Positions 60,628 to 64,000 of a DNA stretch of 64,000 bases are shown here, piece after piece. The stretch lies in contig JAYTSD010000020.1 in assembly GCA_043745805.1 (NCBI GenBank), positions 64,001 to 128,000 of the forward strand, in the 5' to 3' direction. A program made the translations under genes and the position numbers. The stretch comes from Fibrobacteria bacterium (lineage in GTDB: Bacteria; Fibrobacterota; Fibrobacteria; UBA11236). The notes beneath the pieces are model-generated. The model worked only from the letters and a program-made list of their open reading frames with translations, was not told the DNA's origin and searched no databases. Within the stretch, counting starts at the first letter, position 1; every line of letters begins with the position of its first letter.

Positions 60628-61008
60628 TTATTCCGCTTTCTTTTCTTTCATATCTTGATGCATTTCTTTTTTGTCGTGACGATGTTCTCTACGATCTTTA
60701 CGTAAATCTTTGCGATCCTCATGACGATCTTTTTTGTCTTTCTTTATCTCGGCTTTATCGGCTGCAACAGCTTCGGTATTGCCTGCGGCTTTGTCAGCTT
60801 TCAATTGTTTACGATCGGCTTTTAATTCCGCATTGTCGGCTTTAACTTCTTGACGATCGGCTTTACGTGCAGCATTGTCAGCTTTTAATTCAGCTTTATC
60901 AGCTTGAATTTCGGCCTTTTGAGGATTTGGAGGGGTTACATCTTCCGCTTGGCAAAGGGCCATGGTAAAGGTCACTGCGGCAATCGAAGTAAGTATCTTA
61001 AAGTTCAT
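60628..61008 (-). CDS. Small secreted highly charged heptad-repeat (coiled-coil) protein
   Basis: Signal peptide ending LCQA; KAELKAD/NAARKAD/RQEVKAD/RKDLRKD 7-mers; AAGGA SD. Confidence 0.85.
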   Translation of the reverse strand: MNFKILTSIAAVTFTMALCQAEDVTPPNPQKAEIQADKAELKADNAARKADRQEVKADNAELKADRKQLKADKAAGNTEAVAADKAEIKKDKKDRHEDRKDLRKDRREHRHDKKEMHQDMKEKKAE

Positions 61009-61050
61009 GCTATTTTCCTTTTTTGATTGGGTTAATTCCCAATATAAAGG

Positions 61051-61080
61051 TTTGACAGTTGAGAGTGGGGCTCGGTTGCA
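61051..61080 (-). promoter_or_regulatory. ECF-sigma-type promoter
   Basis: Minus strand TGCAACC-N17-GTCAAA; AAC-to-GTC distance 18 nt as in GGAACTT-N16-GTCAAA; about 40 nt upstream of ATG 61008. Confidence 0.6.
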
Positions 61081-61115
61081 ATAAATTGATAAAAAAGAAA
61101 TTTTTTTTTGAGAAA

Positions 61116-61358
61116 ATGGGTTTTTACTATATAGCGCAACATTATGCCCAGGCGCCGGAAGATTTATGTGGAGGCGGATTGGATCTAGCTCCTAATTGGT
61201 GTTCGTCCGCGATACTGCCGAATGCGACATTTGCTCGGTTACCCATTTTTAGAATGCGCTTACGCCAAGGTGAAAGTCAAGCGGTGGGAATTGCCTTTAT
61301 AAATCCGCTGAAACCTAATGAATATTGCGATTTGAAGGGACAAAAAATTCCGATTTAA
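61116..61358 (+). CDS. Possible short hypothetical protein or gene remnant
   Basis: 80-codon ORF in a stretch richer in GC than flanking intergenic DNA; no recognisable motif or SD. Confidence 0.25.
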   Translation: MGFYYIAQHYAQAPEDLCGGGLDLAPNWCSSAILPNATFARLPIFRMRLRQGESQAVGIAFINPLKPNEYCDLKGQKIPI

Positions 61359-61385
61359 TTCAACCTTAAAGAGAATATTTATAGT

Positions 61386-63158
61386 TTGTTGTCCATGAAA
61401 TCTCTATTGCGAATTTTTATTCTGTATTGTTTTTTTTCGGTTTATGCTTTTGCCAAGGATAGAGTTTTTGAGCCCTCCGAAGGTTTTACTTTAGCGGAGA
61501 AATTGCCTGATAGCGTTAAAATTCATGTGCGTTCTATTCAACTGAATATAAAAGATGCCTTTGAAGGTGCCAAAGTAAATTCGGAAGTGGAAGCGTATGT
61601 TTTTGATATCGGCAATAAATTACATATCGAATCTAAACCTTATACTATTCGCCGACGCCTATTGTTCAAAGAAGGCGATACCATTAATAAAGACAAATTG
61701 TTGGAAACCGAAAGGGCTTTGCGTAATGAAGAATTTTTAGCAGATGCCAAAATAGAAGTAAAAATTTGGGAAGATAGTACGGCACATATTATTGTTACGA
61801 CTTTTGATCAATGGACTACTACTTTAGCCGCTAGTTTAAATCGCGATGGCGGCGAATGGCAATATTGGTTTGGGCCAGTGGAAAGTAATGTTTTGGGTTC
61901 GGGACAAAAACTCGGTTTTTTTATGGGGCATACGGATAAGCATGATTTAAAATGGTTGGATTATAAAAACAATGCTTTTTTGCCTTGGAAATTGCAATTG
62001 GGCGCAAATGGGGTATTGTATAGTGATGGTTATGGTTATGCTTTTTCTTTAGCGCATCCGCTTTTGTCACGCAGTGATAAATACGCTTTTTCCATTTCTA
62101 TGGAAGGCAGTGAATTATCGGAAACGGTTTATTTTGATGCCAATGATTATGAGGAAATGGCTAAAGATCATTCACTTTCGGATAGCGCCATTCAGGCTTA
62201 TGCTAAAAAAAACCACACTTTACTTTATTATAATCGTATAGCAACGCATAACACAAATGTTACGGTTACGCGCTCATATGGTGATAAACTCAAACTTAAT
62301 CCCAGCTTAACTTATGATAGAAGCGATCGCTATCAGCATGGCAGTCTCTTACCGCGTACAGATGCTTTGGCGCTGGCGAATCAATTCAATGCCAGCGATT
62401 ATAAACTAGATGAACGTACCACGGATTTGGCCGGCTTAAGTTTAAGCCTCTATCAATATGAATATAAAACCGTGCGCAATTTCCGCAATTTAAAATGGAG
62501 TGAAAATTTAGATGTAGGTTGGCGGTTAAGTTCAAAGCTGGCAAAGAACTTAAATCTCGAAAAAAATATCGCCGGCAATCAGTATGACTGGTATTTAAGT
62601 CATACCGCGGTGTTTAACAATGCGTGGATGGATGCGCATTTTGTGAATAGTAATGTCACTACTAATTATTTTATTACGGAAAACGGACGCTTAAACAATG
62701 GTTATGCCCATGCGGGATTGGAGTATTATTGGCGGCAAGTCGAAACTACAGGATCTTTCCTTTCTGTGCAATGGAGTAATTTGTTTGCGGTAACCAAAAC
62801 CCAACAATTATTACTGGGCGAAGAAACGGATTTACACGGCTATCCCAATTATTATTATGCCGGTCAAGCACGTTTTATTATGAGCGCGGAACAAAGGCTT
62901 TTTACGCCCTGGGAAATGGGCACTTTTATTCCGGCTTTTGCGGCCTTTGTTAATGCTGGTAATACCTACAAAAGTTATAACGTTTTCGATCCGCAAGATT
63001 TGCATTATTCCGTAGGTTTAGGCATGCGTTTAGGAGCCAGTAAATCCGTACAAAAAGTGGTGAATCATTTGAACTTCGCTTGGCCTTTAGATAGACGCTT
63101 ATTAAAAGGTCCGTACTATTGGCCTACCTTTTCCTTGCAAGCCAAGAAAAGTTTGTAA
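61386..63158 (+). CDS. Omp85/BamA-TamA-like outer membrane protein (POTRA plus barrel)
   Basis: IRRRLLFKEGD, LLETERALR, LHGYP, FVNAG, SVGLGMR; true start may be ATG 61395. Confidence 0.8.
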   Translation: MLSMKSLLRIFILYCFFSVYAFAKDRVFEPSEGFTLAEKLPDSVKIHVRSIQLNIKDAFEGAKVNSEVEAYVFDIGNKLHIESKPYTIRRRLLFKEGDTINKDKLLETERALRNEEFLADAKIEVKIWEDSTAHIIVTTFDQWTTTLAASLNRDGGEWQYWFGPVESNVLGSGQKLGFFMGHTDKHDLKWLDYKNNAFLPWKLQLGANGVLYSDGYGYAFSLAHPLLSRSDKYAFSISMEGSELSETVYFDANDYEEMAKDHSLSDSAIQAYAKKNHTLLYYNRIATHNTNVTVTRSYGDKLKLNPSLTYDRSDRYQHGSLLPRTDALALANQFNASDYKLDERTTDLAGLSLSLYQYEYKTVRNFRNLKWSENLDVGWRLSSKLAKNLNLEKNIAGNQYDWYLSHTAVFNNAWMDAHFVNSNVTTNYFITENGRLNNGYAHAGLEYYWRQVETTGSFLSVQWSNLFAVTKTQQLLLGEETDLHGYPNYYYAGQARFIMSAEQRLFTPWEMGTFIPAFAAFVNAGNTYKSYNVFDPQDLHYSVGLGMRLGASKSVQKVVNHLNFAWPLDRRLLKGPYYWPTFSLQAKKSL

Positions 63159-63173
63159 AAATTTTTAAAAAAA

Positions 63174-63863
63174 TTATTTGCGTAAATCGGCTTCAGGACA
63201 TTGCGCAAAACATTGCAAAACTTTTTGAGCGCGCAAGGCCACATTCTTGGCATAGCAGGCGTGGCCTTCTTTGCTACAACCCGCAATGACATTAATCGGT
63301 AAGGGGATAAGTACCAAAGAATCTTTGGTGGGATAAACCGCGAAATATTGAAAGAGGCTGGGAATAGTGAGCCCAAAAAAATCCGTGCGTGATAACCCTA
63401 ATTTTCCAGCTTGATCAGTGATTACGCTATCTAAAGTATGCGCATAACTACTTTCGCCAATGCGAGCAGCTACATAAGTTTGAATGCCTTTAGAAAACGT
63501 AGAGGTTACAGCAATTGCGGTGCGTAATTGTTTCTTAACCATGATCGGAAAAAGCAATTCTTCTTTAGTATTGCGTAAAAAGTTACCCTCTTCTTCCGGT
63601 TTACCGGAATAGCTTTTGATTTGTTCTAAGGATAATTTCATCACTCGCAAGGGTTCGCCCAAAGTTGCTTCTTTGACTTCGTCTTGGGAATTAAAGCCGA
63701 GCAAATTAAAGTGTTGGCTATCGGCCAATTTTTTTAATAGCGGCAAAGCTTTTCGGGCAGCGGATTCGGGAGTATTGGCGGCCTTAGGATTAAGTTTTTG
63801 GGTATAAAAAACACCCAATAAAACTAATAGGGCCACAAAGGGTAATAGCCATAATTTTCGCAT
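63174..63863 (-). CDS. Hypothetical membrane-anchored/exported protein
   Basis: N-terminal TM; LGFNSQDEVKEATLGEPL; Cys-containing C-terminus; TAATG coupling to upstream gene. Confidence 0.7.
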   Translation of the reverse strand: MRKLWLLPFVALLVLLGVFYTQKLNPKAANTPESAARKALPLLKKLADSQHFNLLGFNSQDEVKEATLGEPLRVMKLSLEQIKSYSGKPEEEGNFLRNTKEELLFPIMVKKQLRTAIAVTSTFSKGIQTYVAARIGESSYAHTLDSVITDQAGKLGLSRTDFFGLTIPSLFQYFAVYPTKDSLVLIPLPINVIAGCSKEGHACYAKNVALRAQKVLQCFAQCPEADLRK

Positions 63864-64000
63864 TAGGGCGTTTTTTTCTCTTGTATGACTAAGTCTACGC
63901 GGCGATTTTTTTGACGACCTTCTTTGGTCGTGTTTTCGGCAACTGGTTTGGTAAAACCAAATCCTGCTGAAGATAATCGCTTGACATCAATTCCCTGCGT
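63863..64000 (-). CDS. C-terminal end of an OmpA-domain protein (5'-truncated by window edge)
   Basis: Manual translation TQGIDVKRLSSAGFGFTKPVAENTTKEGRQKNRRVDLVIQEKKTP*. Confidence 0.85.
   Translation of the reverse strand, partial: TQGIDVKRLSSAGFGFTKPVAENTTKEGRQKNRRVDLVIQEKKTP

Overview
AT-rich bacterial chromosomal window. A Fibrobacterota/FCB-group origin is inferred from T9SS-like C-terminal domains, giant Ig-repeat lipoproteins and a Bacteroidota-type PEP carboxylase; this cannot be proven from the window. Layout: 1-18.9 kb is a mixed-orientation surface glycan/EPS cluster (GT4s, GT-C membrane glycosyltransferases, a UbiA-type polyprenyl-phosphate phosphoribosyltransferase, DegT, deacetylase, Wzx, pyruvyltransferase, O-antigen-ligase-like and YfhO-like proteins). 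19.2-33.8 kb holds two tandem paralogue pairs: giant Ig-repeat lipoproteins and PQQ-type sugar dehydrogenases. 33.8-56.5 kb is mostly housekeeping: ppc, tRNA-Leu(CAG), an AAA_14/DUF4143 ATPase, argH, MFS, aminotransferase, a LarA-like protein, OmpA and a Yej/Opp-type peptide ABC transporter. 56.7-61.1 kb is the most intriguing locus, a minus-strand cluster behind an ECF-type promoter. It encodes a heptad-repeat secreted protein, ECF sigma, anti-sigma, a Spy/CpxP-like chaperone, an outer-membrane barrel, an ADYC-motif protein and a small secreted xx[NQ]G-hydrophobic pentapeptide-repeat protein, and is a candidate fibre/amyloid-like export system. Other signals: three genes that appear to start at ATT, a 25-bp-arm palindrome in frame inside a CDS, a GTAG REP-like pair, a duplicated 31-bp operator-like palindrome, and CRP-like boxes upstream of both giant-lipoprotein units. 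No CRISPR array, rRNA, integrase or transposase was seen. Family assignments come from motif recognition, not database searches.
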